Origin: Oceanispirochaeta sp. | GTDB taxonomy: Bacteria; Spirochaetota; Spirochaetia; DSM-2461 | Assembly (NCBI GenBank): GCA_963666275.2 | Contig: CAXXOA010000002.1 | Span: forward strand, 1,952,001 to 2,016,000 | Direction of reading: 5' to 3' | Length of the DNA: 64,000 nucleotides | In this document: positions 47,303 to 55,685 of the stretch, piece by piece | Layout: every line of letters starts with the position of its first letter | Numbering within the stretch: position 1 is the stretch's first letter | Notes under the pieces: model-generated | What the model saw: only the letters and a program-made list of their open reading frames with translations | Told to the model about the DNA's origin: nothing | Databases searched by the model: none | Program-made: the position numbers and the translations under genes

Positions 47303-50300
47303 CTACTGCTCCACCCGGCCGGTATACCAGGGGTACTCTTTCATGACTTTCCGGATGATCTCTCCCGTCTGTTCTCCCTCTTTTCCCGAGGGGAGGGGGC
47401 CGTACAGTTCGCCCTGACGCCAGACAAGGTTGAATATCTGCTTATTCTGCCGGAGCAGGATATCATCTCCCGTGACAAGGAATCCGTTGTTCTCACTGTT
47501 TTCAAAATCTTCTTTCAGGCTGAAAACAGTGATTTTGTCCCTGTATGGCCGTCCCTCCCAGGGGCAGAACTGAGCGCAGTTGCCGCATTCGTTGCAGAAG
47601 GCATCCACGTGAAGGATCTGCAGGGACTGACCGAACTCCTCTTTGCCAGTGGTTATGAACACATTGGCCCTGTTGGGGCAGACGTCCACACATTTGTTGC
47701 AGATCACGTCGCACTGAAGGCAGCGGGAAGCTTCCTTTTCCGCCCAGGCGGCAAAATTGCTTTCCAGGTCGGATCCCGACTCCAGCATTACGCTCTTGTT
47801 CTTTCTCAGTTCCCGGATCTCCTCCGCAGAAAGGGCTTCCGGTTTCAGGGCCGTCAGTTTCCGTCCCATCTGATCCAGAATGTGGTCTACCGACTTCCGG
47901 GCGCTTCCCATGGCTCCCACAATGGAGAGGGGGCCAGTCAGGGCGTCACCGCAGAGGTAGACCCCGGGGATCTCGGTTTCGTTGGTTGTGCTGTCCACTT
48001 CCACCCATTTTCCGGGAATGTTCAGTCCCATGGATTTGAGTACTTCCGTATCCACTTTCTCTCCGATCGCTGTGATCAGAGTATCCACCGGAAAGGTTTC
48101 GGTTTCGTCAGTGGCTACCGGACGGCGGCGGCCTGATTCATCAGGTTCACCCAGTTTCATCACTGTGCATTCCAGCTGACCCTTCTCTGTGAAGCCTTTG
48201 GGGTTTCTCAGGAAGTGGAAGGAAATTCCCTCTTCCGAGGCATCGTAGTACTCTTCTCTGTCGGCGGGCATTTCAGTCAGGGTTCTTCTGTAGATCACTC
48301 TGACTTCCTTCACTCCCGGCAGCCTTTTGGCGGAACGGGCACTGTCCATGGCGGTATTTCCTCCGCCCACAATGGCCACATACTCACCCACATCAGCCTG
48401 ATCGGGTTTTGTCCGGAACAGGTTGAGGAAGTCCAGAGAAGTCATGACTTTTCCACCGGGCAGATCCAGAGTATTGTCTTTCTCCGCTCCGATGCTGATG
48501 ATGACCTTCTCGTATCCCTCTTCTTTCAGGCCGCTGATGGTCAGATCCTTCTGGCCGAAACGGAAATCCACGCCGTGGGCCCGGATAAATTCCATATCCT
48601 TCTCGATCTCATCGGCGGGCATCCTGAAAGAAGGCAGCACATGGCTGATAACGCCGCCGGGGGAGTCCTCTTTTTCAAATACAGTCACATCCGCACCGCC
48701 TCTTCTGAGGAAGTAGGCGGCGGCCAGTCCGGAGGGTCCTGCACCGATGACCGCGGTTTTGACACCCGGCTGCCCGGCAGGTTCTTTAAAAGCCTTGATA
48801 TACTGATCCCAGCCCTGCTGGGCGGCGATCTTTTTCATATCCCGGATCTTAACGGTTCCCTCGTAGTCGATCCTGGTACAGTTGTACTGACACTTGTGAT
48901 CGCAGATCCATCCTGTAATGAAGGGGAGGGGGTTTTTGTTGTAGATCACATCCAGGGCTTCCACGTACCGCCCCTGGCCGATCAGTCTGAGGTATTCGGG
49001 AACATCCTGATGGATAGCGCAGGCTGTTTTACAGGGAGCTACCGCACAGTCATAGAGGGGCAGAGGCTCTTCGGTGGAAATCTCGTCGATTCCCCGCCAC
49101 TCTTTCCTGTACTCTTTGGCGCTGAGCGCTGTTTCTACGAGTTTTTCCAGAGCGGGAACATCAATAGAGTCTCTGTTCCAGTCTGAAATTCCGTAACTTT
49201 TCTCCACAGCCCGGGCCATCCGCCCGTATCCGCCGGGTTTGAGGATGTCCGTTGCCATGGTTACGGGCCGGATTCCGGTTTTCAGTATGTCTTCCATATT
49301 CAGGCTGGTTGCCCCTCCGGAAAAGGAGATGGGCAGGGCGCCGTCAAACTCCCTGCTCAGCTTCAGAGCCACCTGTATGGATATGGGAAACAGAGCCCGG
49401 CCGGACATGTACATCTCATCGCCGGGGAGTTTGTTCTTATTGTTGACCGAACCCAGGGTGTTGGTCAGTTTCACTCCGAACCGGAGGCTCTTTTCATCTG
49501 CCAGGGCCTTCAGCCTTTTCAGCATCTCCACCGCGTCGGGATACTGCAGATCGTGGTCAAAACCTTCGGGGTTGAGTCCCACGTAATCGTATCCCAGTTT
49601 ATCCAGTGTCTCCCTGACCCCGTCAAAGGTCAGAAGAGTGGGATTGAGCTTCACAAAGGTATGGAGTTTTTTCTCTGTCAGCAGATACCGGGCGATTTTT
49701 TCAATTTCATCGGGAGGGCATCCGTGCATGGTGCTCAGGGTCACAGACCGGCAGATCTTTCCGGAGATCCCCTCCGCCAGGGCAGTGAGCCTGTTTTTAT
49801 TGCCTTCCAGACCGGTTCCCTTGAGGAACTCCGGATCCAAGGCCAGTTTTCTGAGGATTTCCCTGTACTCCTGGAATTTCGCCTCACCCGAGCTGTCGAT
49901 CAGCCGGTTGATGAACTGATCCATCCGGGGATTCTGGATCCCCTTCAGATCATAGCCCACGCTCATGTTGAAAATGAAATTTCTTGTATCGCTTCCCTCG
50001 AAAAGGGCTTCAAGCATATGGCAGATAAACCATCCCTTCAGGTATTCATCGTAGGCCTTGTCCAGGGTAAACTCGGTGGACCATTCGGTGTTGAATCCCT
50101 CGTCCTCCGCATCGATACAGGGTTTTTCGATCTCCAGAGTATCCATGATCTGGACCGTCTTGAGTTCGAAAAACCTGGCTCCCGCCAGCCAGGATGTCAC
50201 AATGTTCTGGGTCAGTTGGGTGTGGGGGCCTGCCGCGGGACCGACGGGGGTAGAGGCGGTTTCACCAAAGAGTTCCATACCGGGGTGGGCCTTTTTTTCC

Positions 50301-50410
50301 GGGCCCGCCAGATCCGGGGAGAAATTGAAAATCATCCTGTCCCGGCTGTATTCGGCAAATATTCTCTGGATTAACTGTTCAAAGGGAACAGGTCTCATTA
50401 AATCACTCAT
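47303..50410 (-). CDS. ygfK: YgfK Fe-S flavoprotein oxidoreductase
   Basis: GPAAGPHTQL, FNTEWSTE, STMHGCPP, Fe-S Cys motifs, GAGPSG and GGGNTAMD. Confidence 0.95.
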   Translation of the reverse strand: MSDLMRPVPFEQLIQRIFAEYSRDRMIFNFSPDLAGPEKKAHPGMELFGETASTPVGPAAGPHTQLTQNIVTSWLAGARFFELKTVQIMDTLEIEKPCIDAEDEGFNTEWSTEFTLDKAYDEYLKGWFICHMLEALFEGSDTRNFIFNMSVGYDLKGIQNPRMDQFINRLIDSSGEAKFQEYREILRKLALDPEFLKGTGLEGNKNRLTALAEGISGKICRSVTLSTMHGCPPDEIEKIARYLLTEKKLHTFVKLNPTLLTFDGVRETLDKLGYDYVGLNPEGFDHDLQYPDAVEMLKRLKALADEKSLRFGVKLTNTLGSVNNKNKLPGDEMYMSGRALFPISIQVALKLSREFDGALPISFSGGATSLNMEDILKTGIRPVTMATDILKPGGYGRMARAVEKSYGISDWNRDSIDVPALEKLVETALSAKEYRKEWRGIDEISTEEPLPLYDCAVAPCKTACAIHQDVPEYLRLIGQGRYVEALDVIYNKNPLPFITGWICDHKCQYNCTRIDYEGTVKIRDMKKIAAQQGWDQYIKAFKEPAGQPGVKTAVIGAGPSGLAAAYFLRRGGADVTVFEKEDSPGGVISHVLPSFRMPADEIEKDMEFIRAHGVDFRFGQKDLTISGLKEEGYEKVIISIGAEKDNTLDLPGGKVMTSLDFLNLFRTKPDQADVGEYVAIVGGGNTAMDSARSAKRLPGVKEVRVIYRRTLTEMPADREEYYDASEEGISFHFLRNPKGFTEKGQLECTVMKLGEPDESGRRRPVATDETETFPVDTLITAIGEKVDTEVLKSMGLNIPGKWVEVDSTTNETEIPGVYLCGDALTGPLSIVGAMGSARKSVDHILDQMGRKLTALKPEALSAEEIRELRKNKSVMLESGSDLESNFAAWAEKEASRCLQCDVICNKCVDVCPNRANVFITTGKEEFGQSLQILHVDAFCNECGNCAQFCPWEGRPYRDKITVFSLKEDFENSENNGFLVTGDDILLRQNKQIFNLVWRQGELYGPLPSGKEGEQTGEIIRKVMKEYPWYTGRVEQ

Positions 50411-50426
50411 TAAAGACTCCTTTCTC

Positions 50427-51887
50427 TCAAGACTTGTCGATCAGATCGTTGAACTCAGTGATCAGATTATCAATCTGTCCGGCTTCTTCCAGGGTTCCGT
50501 ACCAGTAGTTGTCATGGTCGTACCACTGGGCATTCAGCTCTTCCAGTTCCCGTCCCTGCTGTTCGATCCAGGTAAAGTATTTCAGGTTGTGTACGGCTTT
50601 TCTGTCGTAGTAGCTGAGCTCTTTGGTGTGATCGTAGGTCTGTCCCATAAGGAGTTCCATATCCCTCTCGGCTTTCGCAGCGGTGTAAGGACCTCTTTCG
50701 GCAGACAGTTCCTGTACACGGGATCCGTACAGTTCCATAGAGTCGGTGGCAATGGTAACCACGTAGTCTTTTTCGGTCAGCTCGTTGTACTTGGCGAACT
50801 TGATGGCTCCCAGCACATTGGCGATTCCGGAAATTCCGAGAAGGTCCAGTTTGTTCACAAGTTCCGAATCCACACCGGATTCTTTCAGCAGAGCCCGGCC
50901 GTTCTCTTCATTGAAGAGTCTCAGCAGTCTCATGGGATGTTCGTCGTCAATGGCGCTGATAAAGTCTGTATCCTTGCAGTCATGTACCCAGGGCACGTGT
51001 TTATCGCCGATTCCCTCGATTCTGTGTCCGCCGTATCCGTTCATAAGAAGGGTGGGGCACTGCAGGGCTTCGGCCGCTGTAATTTTCATTTTGGGGAAGC
51101 GTTTTTTCAGGTAGTAACCTGCAGCCAGAGTTCCGCCCGAACCGGAGGAGGACACATAGCCTGCCATGTTGTCGCCCTCTTTCATGTAATATCCCAGCAT
51201 CTCTTCGATGGAGGAACCGGTCACATTGTAGTGCCACAGGGGATTTCCCATTTCATCAAACTGGTTGAAGATTCTCAGATCTTCGCCGGAGTTTCTCAGC
51301 TCCCAGCACTTGTCGAAGATTTCCTTTACATTGGATTCGCAGCCCGGAGTGGCAATGACCTCTCCCGCCACAGTCTTCAGCCATTCAAATCTCTCCTGAG
51401 ACATCTCTTCCGGAAGAATAGCTATGGCATTACAGGCCAGCAGAGAGGAAATATAGGCTCCGCCCCGGCAGTAGTTTCCAGTAGAAGGCCATACGGCTTT
51501 TGTTCTCTGGGGGTCAAACTGCCCTGTGATCAGACGGGGAGCCAGACAGCCGAAGGTGGCTCCCACTTTATGAGCTCCCGTGGGGAACCACTTTCCTGTA
51601 AGAACAAGGATATTAGCCTTGACGCCTGTCAGTTCCGGGGGCAGTACAAGGTGGTTTACCCTGCCGTAGAGTCCGCCCGACTCTTTGGGTTCGTTTTTCC
51701 ATGTAATTCTGAACAGGTTCACCGGATCCAGATCCCAGAGGCCGGTCGTTTTGAGTTTTGCTTTCACCTCTTCGGGAACCAGATCGGGATTCTTCATCAT
51801 TTCGATGGTCGGAAGTTTAATGCCCTTGGATTTGCAGTAGGCGGCATTCTCTTTCTGTTTTGCACTGTTTACGCTTAGATCTATCAT
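50427..51887 (-). CDS. PLP-dependent fold-type II enzyme (cysteine-synthase-like, function unknown)
   Basis: FPTGAHKVG (PLP Lys), STGNY, SGSGGT, IEGIGDK and GISG. Confidence 0.85.
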   Translation of the reverse strand: MIDLSVNSAKQKENAAYCKSKGIKLPTIEMMKNPDLVPEEVKAKLKTTGLWDLDPVNLFRITWKNEPKESGGLYGRVNHLVLPPELTGVKANILVLTGKWFPTGAHKVGATFGCLAPRLITGQFDPQRTKAVWPSTGNYCRGGAYISSLLACNAIAILPEEMSQERFEWLKTVAGEVIATPGCESNVKEIFDKCWELRNSGEDLRIFNQFDEMGNPLWHYNVTGSSIEEMLGYYMKEGDNMAGYVSSSGSGGTLAAGYYLKKRFPKMKITAAEALQCPTLLMNGYGGHRIEGIGDKHVPWVHDCKDTDFISAIDDEHPMRLLRLFNEENGRALLKESGVDSELVNKLDLLGISGIANVLGAIKFAKYNELTEKDYVVTIATDSMELYGSRVQELSAERGPYTAAKAERDMELLMGQTYDHTKELSYYDRKAVHNLKYFTWIEQQGRELEELNAQWYDHDNYWYGTLEEAGQIDNLITEFNDLIDKS

Positions 51888-53071
51888 TTTTCTCCCCTTA
51901 TCTCTTCAATGGTATTTATAGTCTCTTCTGACATGGCCACACCTTTCATCGCTGTTGCCGTATCTTTCAGACCGCTGCCTGTCGCAAGGACAACAACGGT
52001 TTCATTTCTGTTTACTGTGTCTTTTATCTTTCTCATTCCCGCCCAGGCGGCAGCTCCTGCCGGTTCTGTAAAAAGTCCCGAACGGGAAGACAGGTGGACC
52101 TGGGCCTCAATGATCTCCTGATCCGAAACTGTGATCACATCCCCGTCATAGGCTTTTAGATATCTCAGGGCGGTGTATCCGTTCCGGGGGATATCCACCG
52201 AAATGGAGTCAGCCACAGTACTGCTCGGTTTATTGTCAAAGCTCCCGGTTTTCCAGGCTCTGTAGAGGGCGTCGCTGCCTTCCGCCTGAACCGCAGTGAT
52301 TCTGGGCATCCTGTCTATCAGACCGTACTGAAGCAGGTCCTTGAATCCTTTATAGACGCCTCCCAGGATGCATCCGTCTCCTGTGGGGACCAGAACCCGG
52401 TCGGGGGCTCTGTTGCCCAGTTTTCTGTAAATATCCAGAGAGACAGTCTTCTTTCCTTCCATGGTCATGGGATTCCAGGCCGTGTTCCGGTTCATGCCTC
52501 CGAACTTCTCGGAGTATTCCAGGGACAGGTCATAGGCTCTGTCGTAGTTTCCATCCACCCTGTAGATGGTGGCGCCGTATTGAAGGGCCTGGATGAGCTT
52601 TGCCTGAGGAGCCGCCTTGGGAAGGAACAGCACTATTTTCTGTCCCGCCGCCGCTCCGATCCCCGACATGGAAGATCCGGCATTCCCCGTGGAAGCCAGA
52701 ACGATGGTATCGATGCCGTGCTGTCTGGCAAAGGCGGAAACTAGAACCGATGCTCTGTCCTTGAAAGAGCTGGTGGGGTTGGATCCGTCATATATGAGGC
52801 AGAGACCCGGCAGGTCCATATCCTCTTTCAGGTTCCGGGGTGCCCATAGTTCTCCCGTAACAGGGGGGAGGGAAGGAAAAAACTCCTGTGGAACCGGAAG
52901 CATTGTCTGTGAAAGATCCCCCTCGGGGAGCTCGCCTTCCAGTTTTACTTCCAGAACCCCTCTGAGAGGTTCGTCGGGTTTCTGCTTTTCCGCGCAGGCC
53001 GGGCAGGTCGTCATATCCGGTGTGATCGGGTACTCGGCTCCGCATTCGCTGCAAAGATAATTAAACTGCAT
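51884..53071 (-). CDS. Threonine-synthase-like PLP enzyme with an N-terminal CxxC..CxxC ribbon
   Basis: NPTSSFKDR, ASTGNAG, EGKKT, VPTGDG, EPAGAAA and TGSGLKD. Confidence 0.85.
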   Translation of the reverse strand: MQFNYLCSECGAEYPITPDMTTCPACAEKQKPDEPLRGVLEVKLEGELPEGDLSQTMLPVPQEFFPSLPPVTGELWAPRNLKEDMDLPGLCLIYDGSNPTSSFKDRASVLVSAFARQHGIDTIVLASTGNAGSSMSGIGAAAGQKIVLFLPKAAPQAKLIQALQYGATIYRVDGNYDRAYDLSLEYSEKFGGMNRNTAWNPMTMEGKKTVSLDIYRKLGNRAPDRVLVPTGDGCILGGVYKGFKDLLQYGLIDRMPRITAVQAEGSDALYRAWKTGSFDNKPSSTVADSISVDIPRNGYTALRYLKAYDGDVITVSDQEIIEAQVHLSSRSGLFTEPAGAAAWAGMRKIKDTVNRNETVVVLATGSGLKDTATAMKGVAMSEETINTIEEIRGEK

Positions 53072-53295
53072 AAATCTTCCTTATTCTGAACTGACTGATT
53101 GATCAGTTGAAATTTTTTCTCCTTCTGTTTCTCATATATTGTAACAGGTTCCTGAAGGATGAAAAGCTTTATTACTGAATTTTTTGTAAAAATTACAATT
53201 TTATTGTAAGTGAGGGGGATTCCTTCTGTCGGACTTACCAATTTGTAGCTTTTTTCTCCTTTACAACTCGCAGGATATGGGGGAATAATAGGGCA

Positions 53296-53367
53296 GGCGC
53301 CTCCCTGTTTTGTGTTCTCTCTTTACAGCGGTTGTTAACCGGTGTAGGGACGGGGGCGCTTTTTTCA
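53296..53367 (+). ncRNA. Candidate small RNA or leader element (long hairpin plus U-tract)
   Basis: GCGCCTCC pairs with GGGGGCGC; inner TCTTTACAGCGGTT/AACCGGTGTAGGGA; T6 tail; TTTACA..AATAAT promoter-like motif upstream. Confidence 0.45.
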
Positions 53368-53468
53368 TACTTGATGAACCTGTTTAAAAAAAGATAGTAT
53401 AAGATCAATGTGAAATTCTGATGAATTTCCTAAGACTCAGCCTCTGCAGCAGGAATACATAGAATCCC

Positions 53469-54620
53469 ATGTTAATACGTTACGGAAAGAATGAAAAAGG
53501 CCGTCTTATAAAGAAGGCAAAAGTATATACCCTGAAAGAACACGGCATCAGCCGGTCAAAAATAGATCCCGATGCCCTTAAAGTGACAGAGCGGCTCAGA
53601 AGCGCAGGCTATCAGGCCTACGTTGTCGGTGGAGCCGTAAGGGATCTTCTGATTGACAAGGAACCCAAGGATTATGATATCGCTACCGATGCCTATCCCT
53701 CCAGGGTCAGGAAGATATTCCGCAATTCCCGCATTATCGGAAAGAGGTTTCGGCTGGTTCATGTCTATTTCCCCGGAGAAAAGATCCTGGAAGTAGCCAC
53801 ATTCCGGTCTCTGGACGGAAAAGACGGGGAAAATGTCTACGGTTCCATTGATGAAGATGCCCGGCGCAGAGATTTTACTCTGAATGCCCTTTACTATTCC
53901 CCCCGGGAGGAACAGATCATCGATTATCATGACGGGGTCCGGGATATCAGGAAAAACAGGCTGAAAAGCGTCATTCCCCTGGATACTACCTTTGTCGAAG
54001 ATCCCGTGCGGATGCTGAGGGCTGTAAAGTACTCTGTTATCACCAATGCAAAAATTCCCCACTCACTGAAAAAGGCGATCAGAAAGCATGCGCCTCTTCT
54101 GAAAGAGGTTTCCGTTTCAAGGATGACCGAAGAGATCTTCAAGATTCTCCAGTCCACCTATGCCTCCCGGATTTTTCAGCGTTCCCTTGATCTGAATATT
54201 TTTGAACATCTTCTTCCCCAGATATACGGGACAATGCATAAGCCGGGTTCCGGGAAAGCTTTTACAAAAGAGTTTTTCCGGGATATGGACAGGCTTGATA
54301 AATATACCAGAAGGGAAGGGGACGGTAAAACGAGAAGCCGCATGCTTCAGTACCTGACCCAGGCATGGCTGGAACAGGCGGGAGCTCTGTCTCAGGGGGA
54401 TGAAAGTGTTTTTCTCGATGTGGTGGGTGAGCTGAAAAACTGCCTGAAACCCATGATTGCTCCCAACAGGGAAGTCTATGATGCGGTAAAGCACATGTTC
54501 AAAAAGAATAAATGGAAGATTCCCCGCCGCCGTCCGCCCTACCGGACCTCTTCACGGAAGGGCAAGAAGAAAGGCCCGGCCAAAGGGCGTTCCAAGACCA
54601 GCGAAACCGTTCAGACCTGA
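53469..54620 (+). CDS. pcnB: Poly(A) polymerase I
   Basis: VGGAVRDLL...PKDYD, PAP signature IIGKRFRLVHV, RRDFTLNAL and EDPVRMLRA. Confidence 0.93.
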   Translation: MLIRYGKNEKGRLIKKAKVYTLKEHGISRSKIDPDALKVTERLRSAGYQAYVVGGAVRDLLIDKEPKDYDIATDAYPSRVRKIFRNSRIIGKRFRLVHVYFPGEKILEVATFRSLDGKDGENVYGSIDEDARRRDFTLNALYYSPREEQIIDYHDGVRDIRKNRLKSVIPLDTTFVEDPVRMLRAVKYSVITNAKIPHSLKKAIRKHAPLLKEVSVSRMTEEIFKILQSTYASRIFQRSLDLNIFEHLLPQIYGTMHKPGSGKAFTKEFFRDMDRLDKYTRREGDGKTRSRMLQYLTQAWLEQAGALSQGDESVFLDVVGELKNCLKPMIAPNREVYDAVKHMFKKNKWKIPRRRPPYRTSSRKGKKKGPAKGRSKTSETVQT

Positions 54621-55553
54621 TCAGTCGGGAAAGTCCTCTTCTGTAAGAGGCTTTCTCCTTCGGGAGATCCTGGCAATCTCGATATCCACCTCTTCAATTA
54701 TAATGCCCGTGAACCTCTCTATCTTATCCAGTACATAGGCCTGAAGTTCATGGAGTTTGCTTCCCAGCTGATTGCCGTAACCCGCATCAATGCTGATTCT
54801 GATCCTGTAACCTCTCCGGTCCTTCTTGACGGAAATCTTCATTACCTTGATTTCACTGTCATATTCATCGATACAGTGGAGGATCATCTGGGAGAGGGCG
54901 GCTTCTGAAATTTTTATGGTTCCTCTCTGTTTCTGATCTGCAAACCGGGGAGTCACAACAGCCTTTTCAAAAATCCTGGTCTCCTTTTTAAAGCCGAAAC
55001 TCTTTCTGAAAAGGATCTTTATCGAGTCTGAAAGGATATGGGAATAGTCCTGTTTTACCTCTATGGAAGGGACGGGGATCACATGCTTTCCCTCTGTGTA
55101 GCGGGAGTGGATGGCTTTGTCGATCTCCTCCCGGCTGGCAATTTCCTCTATCCGGATAAACCGGGTGACCGGAGGCAGTCCCAGCCTTTCTGTCATTTTC
55201 TGGACCATTTTATCGGAAGTCCCTATGAGGAGGATCTTTTTTAAACGGGATTTTCTTATGGCTTCCCGCACATCCAGTCTATGCTGAGGATCATCGAACA
55301 GAGCTGTTTTGATGGCTCCCATATAGAGTTTCTCTTTTTTGGCAGACTTTCCGGCCACAATCTTGTTGTCATGGATCAGAAGGCCGTCGTCAATGATAAA
55401 GGGAATATTGTACTTTTCCGCTACCAGTCTGGCCCGGAAACTCTTTCCGGTTCCGCTTTTTCCAATCAGCGCATAGACTTTTATCCCCAGAAGAGTGCCT
55501 TTCAGGGAAGAGTAGAGTTTGTTGATTCTGCCGGCAGGAATTTTATCACTCAT
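54621..55553 (-). CDS. P-loop protein with a C-terminal Asp23/Gls24-like domain
   Basis: GKSGTGKS, IIDDGLLI and GKHVIPVP; C-terminal G.I.ISE...LQ..V...IE.FTG....VDI. Confidence 0.75.
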   Translation of the reverse strand: MSDKIPAGRINKLYSSLKGTLLGIKVYALIGKSGTGKSFRARLVAEKYNIPFIIDDGLLIHDNKIVAGKSAKKEKLYMGAIKTALFDDPQHRLDVREAIRKSRLKKILLIGTSDKMVQKMTERLGLPPVTRFIRIEEIASREEIDKAIHSRYTEGKHVIPVPSIEVKQDYSHILSDSIKILFRKSFGFKKETRIFEKAVVTPRFADQKQRGTIKISEAALSQMILHCIDEYDSEIKVMKISVKKDRRGYRIRISIDAGYGNQLGSKLHELQAYVLDKIERFTGIIIEEVDIEIARISRRRKPLTEEDFPD

Positions 55554-55685
55554 ATAGGTTAAAATATAAACAATCCTTGTGGGATGGTACAGTATTTTTA
55601 TAAGTTTCAATTCTTGACAAATGCACCCTATAAACGGAGAATTACCGAGATGTTTCATACCCCTGTCCCGCGAGATCAAATTTAA

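Noticed and set aside
44697..50410. Selenocysteine recoding in ygeY/ssnA/ygfK
   Set aside because: The ORFs are full length with no in-frame TGA.
50058..51878. 606-aa plus-strand ORF
   Set aside because: Antisense to the PLP enzyme and ygfK; explained by codon bias.
53260..53290. GGATATGG as a purine-riboswitch loop near the purine cluster
   Set aside because: No P2 pairing, no TTTCTACC or CCGTAAA at the right spacing, and it is on the wrong strand for the purine operon.
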